Made by a program: the position numbers and the translations under genes. DNA of 63,859 bases, counting the filler. It is 11 parts of 11 records of this genome, joined end to end, with 100 filler letters (N's around TTAATTAATTAA, not from the genome) between each part and the next. Parts side by side here need not be neighbours in the genome. Positions count along the whole stretch, not along the records: positions 36,918 to 40,135 come from SRR7504441_2073; positions 40,236 to 44,364 come from SRR7504441_2079; positions 44,465 to 47,955 come from SRR7504441_2080; positions 48,056 to 52,312 come from SRR7504441_2086; 7 more parts are not named here. One strand, written 5' to 3'. Below, piece after piece: positions 36,993 through 48,136 of this stretch (position 1 is its first letter; each line of letters starts with the position of its first letter). The notes below the pieces were generated by a model. It worked only from the letters and a program-made list of their open reading frames with translations. It searched no databases and had not been told where the DNA came from.

Positions 36993-39992
36993 ATGCGGCA
37001 GTTTCTGCTGCTCTCGGTGGCGGCTTGCCTGGGCCTTTGCCTGGGCCAGGCCCCGCTGTGCCCATCCTCGAGCTGCTGGTCTAGCCCGCCCTACCCCGAC
37101 GGATCTGTCCTGCGGGCGCTCGCGGTTGCCCCCGGCACCGTCAGGCTCACCACCATCCCTCGCGGGGCGCCGGCCGGGCCCTTCTCTCCAGTGGACCTCA
37201 CCCTGCCGCAGCCGCAGCCGGCACCCAGGCTCAACCTGGACGGGACCACCGACGCAGCCTTCCAGCTGAGCACGCCCGAACTGGTACTGACGGTTTCCAA
37301 GAGCTCCCCGGTGGCCAACGTGACCCGCAAGGCAGACGGCGCGCTCCTCTCCGCAGAGCAGGCGGCGCCCTCGCTGACCAGCGGGGCGGCGTGCGGCGAT
37401 GCCTCGTCCGGCGGGCCCATGGCCGGTGGCCGGTGGCCCGGGTGCGACGCCTGTTGCCTGCGCGCCACCCGGTCGCTGCAGCCTGGGGAGCAACTGTTCG
37501 GCGGTGGGGTCCAAATGTACAGTGGGCCGGGCCAGCGCGGCAAGGCACTCTTCCTGCAGACCAACGCCATCGTCGGTCAGTACCCGGGCTGGTCGCACGT
37601 GGTGGCGCCGTTCTTTTTGAGCTCCCGAGGGTACGGAATCCTGCTCAACACGCACGGTTACTCGTACTGGGACATCGGCAAGACAGTGCCCGGTGTCCCA
37701 AGCACCCCGCCGGCCACCGCTTGCGGCACGGCCTACGCCGACCCAGCGAGTGGCCGCGCCACGGGCTCGGTGTCGCTCTCTTGCCCTGGGAGCCCTGCCT
37801 GGAAGATAGCAAGCGTGCAGTTCGCGTCCTACGGGCTTCCAACCGGAGCGTGCGGGTCGTTCAGGCCCGAGACAAAGCACTGCGGGCAGGTGAACTTGAC
37901 TGCCAAAGTGGCCGCTCTCTGCATCGGCAAGGCCTCCTGTACAGTGGGCCCCGTCTCGAATGCTTTTGCCGGTAGCGATCCATGTCCGGGCAACAATCAA
38001 AAGCGGCTCAGCGTGTCTGTTGTGTGCGCGGGACCGGGTCCAACCCCGCCTCCGCCACCTGCCGGGCCAGGCAGTGTGCTGATCGCCAGCCCGGACCCGG
38101 TGGTGGATCTGTTCTTCTTTGCTGGACCGAGCTTCCACTCCATCCTTGAGCAGTACTCTGGACTGACTGGTAGAATGTCGCTGCCACCCAAATGGGCCTT
38201 AGGACTCTGGTACCACCCCAAGGAAGACAACAACCAGACCGGGGTCCTCCAACTCGTCTCGCACTTCGAACGAGCCAATGTCAAGCTCAGCGCTCTGACT
38301 CTGGAGCCGCCTTGGCAGACGCACTCCTATTCGTGCACTTATGTGTGGAATCCTGGCAATTTCTGGGACCCCGACGGGTTCATCGCCAATCTTACCGGTC
38401 GGGGCGTCAAGCTGACCCTCTGGGAGCACGGGTATGTCTATAACAGCACCGGCTCGCCGCTGTATGAGCCACTGCTCGAAGAGAACTGCGCCGCTGACTG
38501 GATGACTTGGCAAGGGCTTACACCTGACTTCACGCTGAACCGCACTCGGGCGGCATTTGCTGCCTACCACACCAAGACCTTTGTCCAGGCCGGCGTTGCA
38601 GGATTTAAGCTCGATGAGTGCGACGGCAACCCCGGTGCCTACGATCCGGGCTCTCGGAGCACAAAGCGCTGGTTCTTCCCGGATAACTCTTCGTTCCCGT
38701 CCGGGCTGAATGGAGCTCAGGTGCATAACCTGTTTGGTATGTATTACGCCAAGACGTTCCACGACATGTTTGAAGCAGCCGGGATGCGGACCTTCCTCAA
38801 GGCTCGGGCCAACTATGTGGGCGGACAGGCCCGGCCGACCACCTTTTACAGTGACTCCTACGACCTACCCAACTACCTGCTCGGAGTTGTCAACAGCGGC
38901 TTTGGCGGCTGGGTCTTTGCGCCGGAGGTTCGGCTCAGCAAGAGCGATTCGGACTTTGCGCGCCGGGCGCAGCTGATGCTCTTCTCGGCCCTCGCTTCGA
39001 TGGATGCCTGGAACACTGGATTTACGCCATGGGAGCCTGACGTTTCCGCGGCCAATGCGGCCATGTTCCAACGCCTCGCCGCCGAGCGGAGCCGCCTCGA
39101 AACCTTCCTGTACTCAGCATATTACCGCCAGAGTCGGACCGGCGTATCGGTGGCTCGAGCGCTGGTGGTGGACTTCGAGGCCGATCCAGGATGCTTTGGT
39201 GTAGCTGACCAGTTCTTGCTTGGGGATGGGTTGATGGTGGCCCCGGCCCCGGTGAATGCGTCGCAGCGCGATGTCTACTTCCCTGCTGGTGCCAATTGGA
39301 CAGACTACTGGCGGACCAACAAGACCGTACTGGCGGGTGGTGGCACCGAGGCGATCTCGACACCAGATGATACAATTGCGATCTTCCAACGAGTGGGCTC
39401 TGTGATCCCCCTGCTGACAAAGACGACAGGGAGAGATGGCGGTGGGGGACATCTTTTGACGCTACGATTCGACGCATCGGCCAGCTCTGCGTCAGCAGCC
39501 AGCGCTCGGACGGTTGTGTATGACGACGATGGCATCACTGCCTCTGGTGCGATAGGCTTTGGCTATTTCGCGATGGATGTCGAGACTGCATACACAGGAG
39601 ATGGCACAGGTGGAGCAGTGATGTGGCGCACAAGCCGGCGTGAGAGTGGCAGCAAGGTGTGGCAACCGTCGTGGCGGCAGCTGCAATTCGAAGCAATCGG
39701 TGCGAGCGTGAAAAAGTGGTCTGCTGTCGCCTGCAAGGGCGATTGGCCCGCGCTGTCACTGTTGGGGCAAGAGGGCGATAGAGATGACCGCTGGCGGGAG
39801 ATTCCCCACTTGATTCTGGACCGCAACGCCTCAACTGACCTGCGAGTGTTGTTGAGTCAGCAGAATGCTCCTGTGTGGACAGTAATGACGACCGCTGGAG
39901 ATGGGCTGGTCAAGGCAGTGGTCGCGATCCCATTCTCGACCCACGGAAATGCGCTCGAGTGCAAGCCGATTATAAACCGTGAAGTGTTGTAA
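36993..39992 (+). CDS. secreted glycoside hydrolase family 31 with an inserted SUEL/galactose-binding lectin domain
   Basis: Signal peptide MRQFLLLSVAACLGLCLG; APFFLSSRGYGILLN; YSGLTGRMSLPPKWALGLW; nucleophile region GFKLDECD; DQFLLGDGLMVAP. Lectin LSC..IASVQFASYGLPTGACG..C.GKASC..F.SDPCPG..KRLSVSVVC. Intronless. Confidence 0.9.
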   Translation: MRQFLLLSVAACLGLCLGQAPLCPSSSCWSSPPYPDGSVLRALAVAPGTVRLTTIPRGAPAGPFSPVDLTLPQPQPAPRLNLDGTTDAAFQLSTPELVLTVSKSSPVANVTRKADGALLSAEQAAPSLTSGAACGDASSGGPMAGGRWPGCDACCLRATRSLQPGEQLFGGGVQMYSGPGQRGKALFLQTNAIVGQYPGWSHVVAPFFLSSRGYGILLNTHGYSYWDIGKTVPGVPSTPPATACGTAYADPASGRATGSVSLSCPGSPAWKIASVQFASYGLPTGACGSFRPETKHCGQVNLTAKVAALCIGKASCTVGPVSNAFAGSDPCPGNNQKRLSVSVVCAGPGPTPPPPPAGPGSVLIASPDPVVDLFFFAGPSFHSILEQYSGLTGRMSLPPKWALGLWYHPKEDNNQTGVLQLVSHFERANVKLSALTLEPPWQTHSYSCTYVWNPGNFWDPDGFIANLTGRGVKLTLWEHGYVYNSTGSPLYEPLLEENCAADWMTWQGLTPDFTLNRTRAAFAAYHTKTFVQAGVAGFKLDECDGNPGAYDPGSRSTKRWFFPDNSSFPSGLNGAQVHNLFGMYYAKTFHDMFEAAGMRTFLKARANYVGGQARPTTFYSDSYDLPNYLLGVVNSGFGGWVFAPEVRLSKSDSDFARRAQLMLFSALASMDAWNTGFTPWEPDVSAANAAMFQRLAAERSRLETFLYSAYYRQSRTGVSVARALVVDFEADPGCFGVADQFLLGDGLMVAPAPVNASQRDVYFPAGANWTDYWRTNKTVLAGGGTEAISTPDDTIAIFQRVGSVIPLLTKTTGRDGGGGHLLTLRFDASASSASAASARTVVYDDDGITASGAIGFGYFAMDVETAYTGDGTGGAVMWRTSRRESGSKVWQPSWRQLQFEAIGASVKKWSAVACKGDWPALSLLGQEGDRDDRWREIPHLILDRNASTDLRVLLSQQNAPVWTVMTTAGDGLVKAVVAIPFSTHGNALECKPIINREVL

Positions 39993-40460
39993 GTAAGCGT
40001 TGGTAGCTTCTAGGTAGCTTCCCATAATCCCATTAGATAAAGAATTACTTAGTATTAGAGCTTTACTTGTCTCCAATGCCAACGGTTAAGTAATATGGTA
40101 TCTCTTAGGCCTTGTGTTGTACAAGGCTATGTTAGNNNNNNNNNNNNNNNNNNNNNNNNNNNNNNNNNNNNNNNNNNNNTTAATTAATTAANNNNNNNNN
40201 NNNNNNNNNNNNNNNNNNNNNNNNNNNNNNNNNNNCTGTTTATCCAGGTCGGGGCAGGCGCCCAACGCCCAATTGCAGGACCAACGCCCTCTCCGCACGG
40301 TGACTTGGGCAGGCTCAGGCAGTCTAATTTAAAAAGAAAAATCTTGTAATATACTTGTACATTAAATATTTTTTATTGTATTGCAATTGCATGGGGAGTT
40401 CAGATTGCGTGTAGTTCACGACAGCATGACATTGAATTCATATTGAATTCAAGTGCAAGA

Positions 40461-42593
40461 TTAACCAACATCGATTGGGCGATCCCTGGATCCACCATCA
40501 ACAAGCACCAAATCCTCGTTGCTAGTCACGTCCCCCGCGGCCTTGGCCTCCCAGTACTCATTCAACAAGATCGGGCACTCCAGATTTTCCTCGGGCTCCC
40601 AGGTGTCATCATCAGGTCCGTATGCCTTCCATCGGATCTTGTATTCCACAGTGCTATCAGTTTGTCTGTGATCCAGAATTGAACTCACTTCGTCCATCAG
40701 CTCGACTTCATCCAACACCGAGGGATCATTGTTCTCTTGAACTGCAGGTTTCGACTCCTTCGCGGTACCAGCTCCCGCCATGCAAGTCTGTAACACTTCG
40801 CGTCCACCCTCAGCCACGGTTGAGGTCTTCTCGGGGGCTCTCGGTGCGCTGTGCTCACCACGGCCGAGCCGCTGCCGCTTGGCTGGTCGTTGTCCCACTG
40901 TCTTTGCCTCGTTTGTCTCGCGGGGGGCGACTGATGACTCGAACGCCTCAAGCAACCGGCGTTGCCGGTCTGGAGAGGGCGGCCACTTCTTATGCCCGGC
41001 CTTGTTCTGAAGGAACACCACAACGGTATCGTGCGAGGCGGTGACCAACCTCTCTCGAAGGTGCTGATTCCCAGCACGATACGAGTGCTGACCTTTTCGG
41101 ACAGTCAGGTGAGTCCTGTAAAACGGCCGGAGAAGAGCGTGCATGCCTGTGACATCGTTCCAATGCGGCGCAGGGTAGAAAAGTACAAACGAAAGAGGCT
41201 GAAAGCTTGCGCCGAGCATTCTGGCAAGATGGTCCTCCACCACGGCCGATTTGATGTTGAAGGGAGGGTTGACTTCAAACGAGCCCGACTTCGGATTCAG
41301 CTGGAAAAAGTTGCCCAATGAACCGAAACAACGGTCGGACTCAAATATGCTGCAGAAACTGGGTGTGAGTGCATTGAGTGGATTCGCAAAGCACTCAGTG
41401 GAGCAGTCAAAGTCGCGTTTGAGACATTCAAATACAGCCACAGGCAGGGCACCGTGCTGGCCAGGGTCCGAGACCAGGAGCATGGCGTACCGGACGAGCA
41501 TAACCAGCATCCGGCCATGCATTCGGTGAGGATCGCCCCCGTGCTTTCTGTATCGAGCCACCAAGCGTTCGTAGCACCTTCTGGTGAGCCTCAGCCTGTC
41601 CTGTATCGCACAGGTGAGTGTTTTGTGTAAACGCCACCGAAGCTGCATACAATCTGCCTGACAGCTGGCCGTGGCATTGATGCTCTCATCAGTCCAATAT
41701 TCGTCAGCCCGGGACCGTATCGCGGTCATTTCTGACACTAGTCGATCTACCTCGTGCAAGACCTCCGCTGCTAGCACCTCCGGCTGAGGCTGACGCCGTT
41801 CTGACCGGAGCGCAGTCCGGATCTGGGCAATCAGGTACTGCAGGTCGCCCCGCGGCAACAGCGGCTCAACCAGTGTCTCGGCCCGGCCCGGCAGCGTCGA
41901 GGCCTCGAAAACCCAGGCCGTGACTGCCCTGCGCGCGGCATCAGTGTCGATTCTACCGGATGTCCGCCTGACCAGCAGGCCGACCACTGAATCAGTCCAG
42001 CTGTTGTGCAGATGGAGCGCCTCGTCCGGCGATTCCTCGCGCAGCCGCACCTGAAGGGCCGCCGGGGCTGCGGCCACCCACGGGTTTCGGACCCAGAGCT
42101 CTACGTGATGTACCACGATCGAGCCATCCGGCCCGGGGAAGCCCTCCTTCCACAGCCGGTACGCCCCGAGCGCGTAGAACCACTTCCTAGCCGAGCAGCT
42201 CTTCATGGACGAGCCCGAGAGCAGCGTGTTGCCGCTGTTATCGAACTGCAGCCCGTTCCAGCCGGTGGTGGTATGGTCGCACTGTATCGGCTGGTACCCG
42301 TCCACACCGCGCGACCGCTTCTGGTACGGATTACTCCGCTGCCACCAGCGCTGCTCGCCAAGGTGTGGCTGGCCCGGCCAGAGTAGCCTGAGCTCGAATC
42401 TGCCGTCCGGGCCCCGGAAGTTCTCCAGCTCATCCAGCCTGGCGAAGTTGCCCCCGTCGGCCTCCAGCCCGAGCGACCAGCAGTCCCTGGGCCAGAGCCC
42501 CCCCCGCGGGTGCACCCGCACCGAGCATTGCCGGAGCACCAACACCTCCGCCGGCCCCTGGACAGCGCTTGGCCTCCAGGGCTTGGCCTCCAT
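40461..42593 (-). CDS. PCIF1/CAPAM-like adenine-N6 methyltransferase fused to a C-terminal chromodomain
   Basis: ECFANPLN..FCSIF..D..FGSLGNFF..SGSFEVNPPF..PLSFVLF..H.Y..G.QH; chromodomain EVSSILDHR..VEYKIRWKAYGPDDDTWEPEENL. Likely start MEAKPWRP. Confidence 0.85.
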   Translation of the reverse strand: MEAKPWRPSAVQGPAEVLVLRQCSVRVHPRGGLWPRDCWSLGLEADGGNFARLDELENFRGPDGRFELRLLWPGQPHLGEQRWWQRSNPYQKRSRGVDGYQPIQCDHTTTGWNGLQFDNSGNTLLSGSSMKSCSARKWFYALGAYRLWKEGFPGPDGSIVVHHVELWVRNPWVAAAPAALQVRLREESPDEALHLHNSWTDSVVGLLVRRTSGRIDTDAARRAVTAWVFEASTLPGRAETLVEPLLPRGDLQYLIAQIRTALRSERRQPQPEVLAAEVLHEVDRLVSEMTAIRSRADEYWTDESINATASCQADCMQLRWRLHKTLTCAIQDRLRLTRRCYERLVARYRKHGGDPHRMHGRMLVMLVRYAMLLVSDPGQHGALPVAVFECLKRDFDCSTECFANPLNALTPSFCSIFESDRCFGSLGNFFQLNPKSGSFEVNPPFNIKSAVVEDHLARMLGASFQPLSFVLFYPAPHWNDVTGMHALLRPFYRTHLTVRKGQHSYRAGNQHLRERLVTASHDTVVVFLQNKAGHKKWPPSPDRQRRLLEAFESSVAPRETNEAKTVGQRPAKRQRLGRGEHSAPRAPEKTSTVAEGGREVLQTCMAGAGTAKESKPAVQENNDPSVLDEVELMDEVSSILDHRQTDSTVEYKIRWKAYGPDDDTWEPEENLECPILLNEYWEAKAAGDVTSNEDLVLVDGGSRDRPIDVG

Positions 42594-42681
42594 CGCGGGC
42601 GCGGGGCCTGGGCTGTGTGCCCGTCCTATCACTGCGTGCCCCGTCCTGGATGCCGTTGCCAGCACTGACTGCAGTGATGAG

Positions 42682-43533
42682 ATGAAGGGTTGGGTCGCGG
42701 TGGATGACTTGGGTGGGCCGGCTCCTCGAGCTGTAATGGACGATTCGGCGCGGCCAGGGGTTGCGGTCAGTGCGGGCCGGCCCATCAGCAGCAATCGATA
42801 CGTGTGCCAGGGCTGCGGCGCGAGTGCTACTGCGGCACAGGTGCTGGCTCGGTGCCAGGGCTGCGGTGGAAGCAAATACCGAGTCGCAAATGCCGAGCCA
42901 GCGACGGGCAGCGAGTACTGCGACGGGAGCCGCCAAAAGAAGGACCGGTCTTCTCGCAAAGTGCTCAGGCGAAGGGAGCGCAGAGCGAGCACGCTGCGGG
43001 TCGAGGAGCCTCCGAGGGTGCCGGCAGGGCGGCAGGCCGACCCACCCCCAGTCCAGGCGACGCCGGAGAACACAGCCTGGTTTAGGCCCGGTGACGCCAA
43101 CTGCAAGCATCCTGGCAGTAGGTGCGCCAAACTGAGAACAGACAACTCCTCTGCACCAGCCATTGAAGAGCGCCGTGACAGCGAACAGGCGCGTGAGGCA
43201 GCCAGTGACGTTCTTTATCACCTCGCCCAGCATACGCTAACCTGCCTTCGAAACAGAAGAGATAACGGGGAGATCGACCGAAAGGAGTATAAAAAGCAAA
43301 AGGCCGAGCTGCAGCAGCGCTATCACGACACAATAGCCACAGAGCTACTCGAGAGATCTAGGCACAAAGCCAGTCGATGCACAGAAACAGAGACGCCTCC
43401 GGAGACGCCTACAGACAGACAAGCCCCTAGTATTGAACGAAAGTCAAGAGGTCGAAGAAGATTTGAATCCCGATTTAAAATAGAGAACCATGCCATTGCG
43501 GAAGGTGTACGGCACGAGCATTCGCTTTTCTAA
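42682..43533 (+). CDS. hypothetical protein with CxxC..CxxC zinc-ribbon-like motif
   Basis: YVCQGCG...ARCQGCGGSKY followed by a helical charged C-terminus. Confidence 0.45.
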   Translation: MKGWVAVDDLGGPAPRAVMDDSARPGVAVSAGRPISSNRYVCQGCGASATAAQVLARCQGCGGSKYRVANAEPATGSEYCDGSRQKKDRSSRKVLRRRERRASTLRVEEPPRVPAGRQADPPPVQATPENTAWFRPGDANCKHPGSRCAKLRTDNSSAPAIEERRDSEQAREAASDVLYHLAQHTLTCLRNRRDNGEIDRKEYKKQKAELQQRYHDTIATELLERSRHKASRCTETETPPETPTDRQAPSIERKSRGRRRFESRFKIENHAIAEGVRHEHSLF

Positions 43534-43822
43534 ATGACCATGACACACCTAACCTCTTTTGCATTGGTTTGATAGCGTATGCTTGTATACCGGCAGACCG
43601 GCAGTCCGACCGATGAGTCCAACGACTCCCATACGGCGTACTAGTGATAATTAATATTTGGGTGATTGCTGTCCCAAGTTAGTCCCAACGTTATGCAACT
43701 CACGGAATTGAATAGCACGGAATTGTGAGGCATTCACTTTGACAGGGTTGATGCACAGAAAATAAATACAAGTACGTAATCATGTTTAGTGCTGATCATG
43801 CATGAACTGCCCAGATTGCAAC

Positions 43823-44320
43823 TCAAACAACAATTGCTTCCCACATTCCTTGTAGTTCTTTGATAGTAACTTGGTACGTTGTACTCACTTTCGAGACATA
43901 ATACCGACGTCGCCACTTCTTTGCTCTTTTATACTGGCGTCGCGCTCCAAATACAGTTTTGTAAGAGAAGCACGTGCTCGACCTCTCGTTGGGTCCTAGG
44001 TCCCATGGACTGATCGGGCAGGTGGTCTCGAAGCACCCGCAGACGTAAGAAGTAATTTGTCGTCCTGTGGGTTCCGACTCGACTTTTGTGCAGCCCGCAC
44101 GCCTACCGGTCGTCCACGTGTTCTTAATGTACCTGCCAATAGTCTGGCCGTCATTGCCCACGACTGATATCTGCAGATCGCGTGCTCTCCAGTAATCAAT
44201 TGCCTGCCGAACGGCCTCCGTGTCGTTCCCATACTTTTGTGGTCCGTGCTCCTCGAGCCACGCGGAGCACGCCCATCCCCAAGTGATTGGTGCGCCTTCG
44301 GGTGCATCAGGCAGACGTTT
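43823..44320 (-). CDS. hypothetical protein, 3' part
   Basis: Open frame ...WGWACSAWLEEHG..AIDYWRARD..GMWEAIVV* near the contig edge. Confidence 0.3.
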   Translation of the reverse strand, partial: KRLPDAPEGAPITWGWACSAWLEEHGPQKYGNDTEAVRQAIDYWRARDLQISVVGNDGQTIGRYIKNTWTTGRRAGCTKVESEPTGRQITSYVCGCFETTCPISPWDLGPNERSSTCFSYKTVFGARRQYKRAKKWRRRYYVSKVSTTYQVTIKELQGMWEAIVV

Positions 44321-44464
44321 TGTTGCAGTCAGTCATCCAAACCTGACCGCCAAAAAGAAAGCTANNNNNNNNNNNNNNNNNNNNNNNNNNNNNNNNNNNN
44401 NNNNNNNNTTAATTAATTAANNNNNNNNNNNNNNNNNNNNNNNNNNNNNNNNNNNNNNNNNNNN

Positions 44465-47400
44465 AGGGCTGAGTCCACTCTGGCGCTGTAGTCATCATCA
44501 GTGTGGAATATGCTCTCGCAAGGCCGGTGCTGCTGGCGGCTTGCTGTTTCGATGTTCAATGTGCCCACGCGCCTTTTGCGAGGATCACTTACCTAAAGAA
44601 GCGATCGTGGTCAAGCAATGCCCAAGGTTCCAAAAGCTCGGCTTCAATCACCCAACAAGTGGATGCTACATCTTCTGCTCTGAGCGATGTGTAGAGTTGG
44701 CCAAGGAGCACGGTCTAGCAGCACAGATAGCCAGCCATGGATCTGCAGGTACTATCCTTGGCTCTGTTGGGGTGGACCTGACTGCTGGAGGCACTGCTCA
44801 TTTTGATCGAAGGTCCGACTGGGAAAAGCTGACACCTACTGTGCAAGCTGCACTCGTGAAGTCGCTGCAGTTCGCTCCTTCGAGTCTTGGATCGCAAGCT
44901 CCAGGTTTTGTTCGACGATGCCTTGAGAATGTCGACAGCCATCACTCGACTCTAGACATGCTGCACGATGTGCTGTACGACACAAATCTCTACTCGCAGA
45001 GAGAAAGAAGCAAAGCCATCGATGTATTCATGAAATGTGCTGAGTGGAACGGCGTAGCAGAGTACCATCCTTATGAGCCACCCATCCCTGAGCTACAAAT
45101 TAACGACTTTGATGATCTCGCGAAAAGGGCAAACACCGATGCTTCACGGGAGTTCTACGCATATGCTGGTAAAAAGCAAAAGCAGGCTCTCGAAAAGATC
45201 GAAGCCAAGAAGCTCCGAAATCAAGCAAGGCAAGCTGCTGCAGCTACTGAATTTCTGAGAATAATTCGAGCATTAGAGGCACTGAGCAGCAAGTACCAGG
45301 GAGGGCTCAAGCATGCTAAGCAGATTGCCGCTCTACTTGGGGTTGGGAGATTACCGTCGAAGCTCCCTCAATGCCCCTCGGAGATCAAGCTGTTATCCGC
45401 CTCTTCAGAACACTTATTTGCAGCAACTTCACTTTACTTGGTCTGGCCCCGCGAGTGCTCACTCTATCTGGGCACGAGTCCTGCGAATCCGAATCAAGCT
45501 GGAGGCCATTACGAGGTGCTTTCTGACGTCACCAGACCAGCAGGGATTCGAATCGCAGGGGGCAAGTTCCTTCACTCCCATTCACAGAAGCCTTGTTGTC
45601 GCCATTGTGGGCAGCGGTTTGAATTCCTGATCATCGAAGGCGTCTGCTACAGCTGTACTCTCGCAAACAAGTTCGGCCAACGGCCTAAAGAGAATGTACA
45701 GCAATCGGAGTCCACGAGTGAGTGGCCAGCAAAGGGCTGTGGGCCGCCGACACTTGTCTGGGTTGCCGAGGGAGGTCCATTCCAGCAAGTGTTCGACTCA
45801 TGTATATTAGTGCTACAAAGCAGGCTGCAAATGGCAGGCCATGAACTGCTCACTAACCATGCAAGGGAAGAGATCTGTCAGGCAATTTCAAAGCGCCTGT
45901 CAGAACTCACTCCAGACAAACGCGGCGCTGTGCTTCGATACTTCGCCAAATTGCATGAGCAGGGAAATCGATTCTCCCATTTACAACTAGCCAATACCTT
46001 TGTGGATACAGCTATGACTCTATTGGGCATCAGACCGGTTATGCACGCCTTCATGAACGCCGTAGCAACGTTCCACTTGTCTGAGGATAAGAGGCTTTAT
46101 ACAGACTGGTTGAATAATCAACAGAAGAGAGAAGGTTCCTCATTCCAGGATTTCATGCAGCAGCAAGACCATCTGGCGCACGAATGGCTTCAAATGCAAC
46201 AGCTCAGAGAAAATGCAGCATCCAGCGATACAGCAATTCATTCCAAGGATCTGCCTTTAAACAGCATTAAGATGATCACTTTGCTAAAACAGGAGCTAAA
46301 CCAGATTTTGGCTTCCACAAACCAGAGTCAGGTAGCTGCAGTGAAGAAACACCGCGAATATTGGCATCTGATGGTGAACAGAGTAACACTGCTTACGGAT
46401 GCATTCAAGAGCAAGAAACGAGTATGGGAGACATGGATGCGCGCACAAACGGCGCGAGAGGCTACGCAGGCACGTGCAATGCAAGAAAACGAGAAGGGGG
46501 ACTGTACCCTCTGGTTGAAGCAGCAGATACAGAGAGAAGGACAGGTGATGTCCCAAATGCAGCAGATCGGAATGCAGCACAGTGATGTGGTCAAGATGAC
46601 AAACGAATGTGACAAATGGCTTGAAGGCCAAGAGCGACAAGAGCGCGCGGATGCAGAATCAAGGTGGGAAAGCAGGAGGCAAGAACGTCATGCGCGAATG
46701 AGTTCGCTTGCATCCCAATCATGGATTGAAGCGGATGATCGACAGGATGCTTGGGTCCGAACGTTGCAGGACTACATGACAAAGGAGGAGGAATGTGTTC
46801 AAAAGATGTGGTCCGGCGCAGTGAGCTCGGTACAAGCACTTTTCAAGGAAAAACTTGATGCTTTGTCAATGAATCATTCCTCTTCTCAAACGCACTCTGC
46901 AAGCCCTGTTAGAGCTATTTTGCCCAAAGGCTGGTTGAAGGATGTACAGCTTGCCGAGGAAACCAGCCACAAGGCAATTTTGGCAGAGATAAAGGCACAG
47001 GTCAAAACTTGGATCGAAAGTGCAAAAAAGAAAGTCTCAGACCATGTCCAACTTCGGCAAGAGAGTGATACGACCATGCGCCACGAGTGCATCGGTAAGT
47101 TTGAGCGTGAATTGAGCGAGATGCGAGAGTCTATGCCTTCTGACCCGCAAGCCCAGAGGGAACTGATAACTCAGATGCTACCCAAATATAGTACCTATGT
47201 TGGTCAGTACCGCAACCATTGCTTGCAACGCAATACTGAAGAAGCTAAGGAGTTTCAAGATTTTGAAGAGAAGCGCGTGAGCAGTTTGCGCGACATCCTC
47301 AAGAGAGCAGAGATCAAACTTGTGCAAGGTCGATTGGCGCGTGAACAAGAACGATGCCAACAACTGAAAGGCACAGACGCGCAGGGTCCCAATGCCTGCG

Positions 47401-47955
47401 CAGCCTCTGTTGCAGATATTTCTGATCAAGATGTGGTCAAGGTCCGAAGAGAGCTTAATGAAGCCATGCAAGGAATTCAGAAAGACATTAATGAGCGTGC
47501 GCAGGTCTTGACTAATGGACGAGCCGGTGTTGAGCTGGACAACACGAAAATGTGCGCATGGATCTCCGAAAAGATAGAGCAGTTCAGTGGCATTACACAA
47601 ATGCAGGCTCAGCAAAATCAGTGGCTCAGTGCGCAATATAGCAACGACGCGTTGTCGAGGCAAGCAAGGAGATCGGCAGCAGAGAAAGAGCGGCTCGGGC
47701 ATGTCCAGCAGGCGCTGTCCACCATTCCAAACCCGCCGACGCTTGAAAATGCAAGTTTTCAGACTCTGTCTACGTTTAATGGTAATGGAGCCGAGGAATG
47801 GGCGCAGAAAACTGCGCAATCGAACCCAAGAACGCCTGTGGAAAAGGAGGCAGCAAAGGCAGCTACAAAAGCGGCACCAGGGCTGGAGCCGACGACAGTG
47901 CCGCCAGAGGTGGAGCATGCTGAGTGTGACGAGCCCGAGCCGGCCGAGCATGACC
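44465..47955 (+). CDS. large protein fragment with an N-terminal PHD/C5HCH-like zinc finger and long coiled coil (partial at both ends)
   Basis: WRCSHHQCGICSRK..LLFRCSMCPRAFCEDHLP..YIFCSERC; uninterrupted frame of about 1160 aa across the contig. Confidence 0.65.
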
Positions 47956-48136
47956 NNNNNNNNNNNNNNNNNNNNNNNNNNNNNNNNNNNNNNNNNNNNT
48001 TAATTAATTAANNNNNNNNNNNNNNNNNNNNNNNNNNNNNNNNNNNNNNNNNNNNGCTACTAGCCATTGATATGAATAACAAGGTGGTTTTGTACGGTAT
48101 TCATGATTGCACACAATCGCCTCGATTGTCAGGCAT

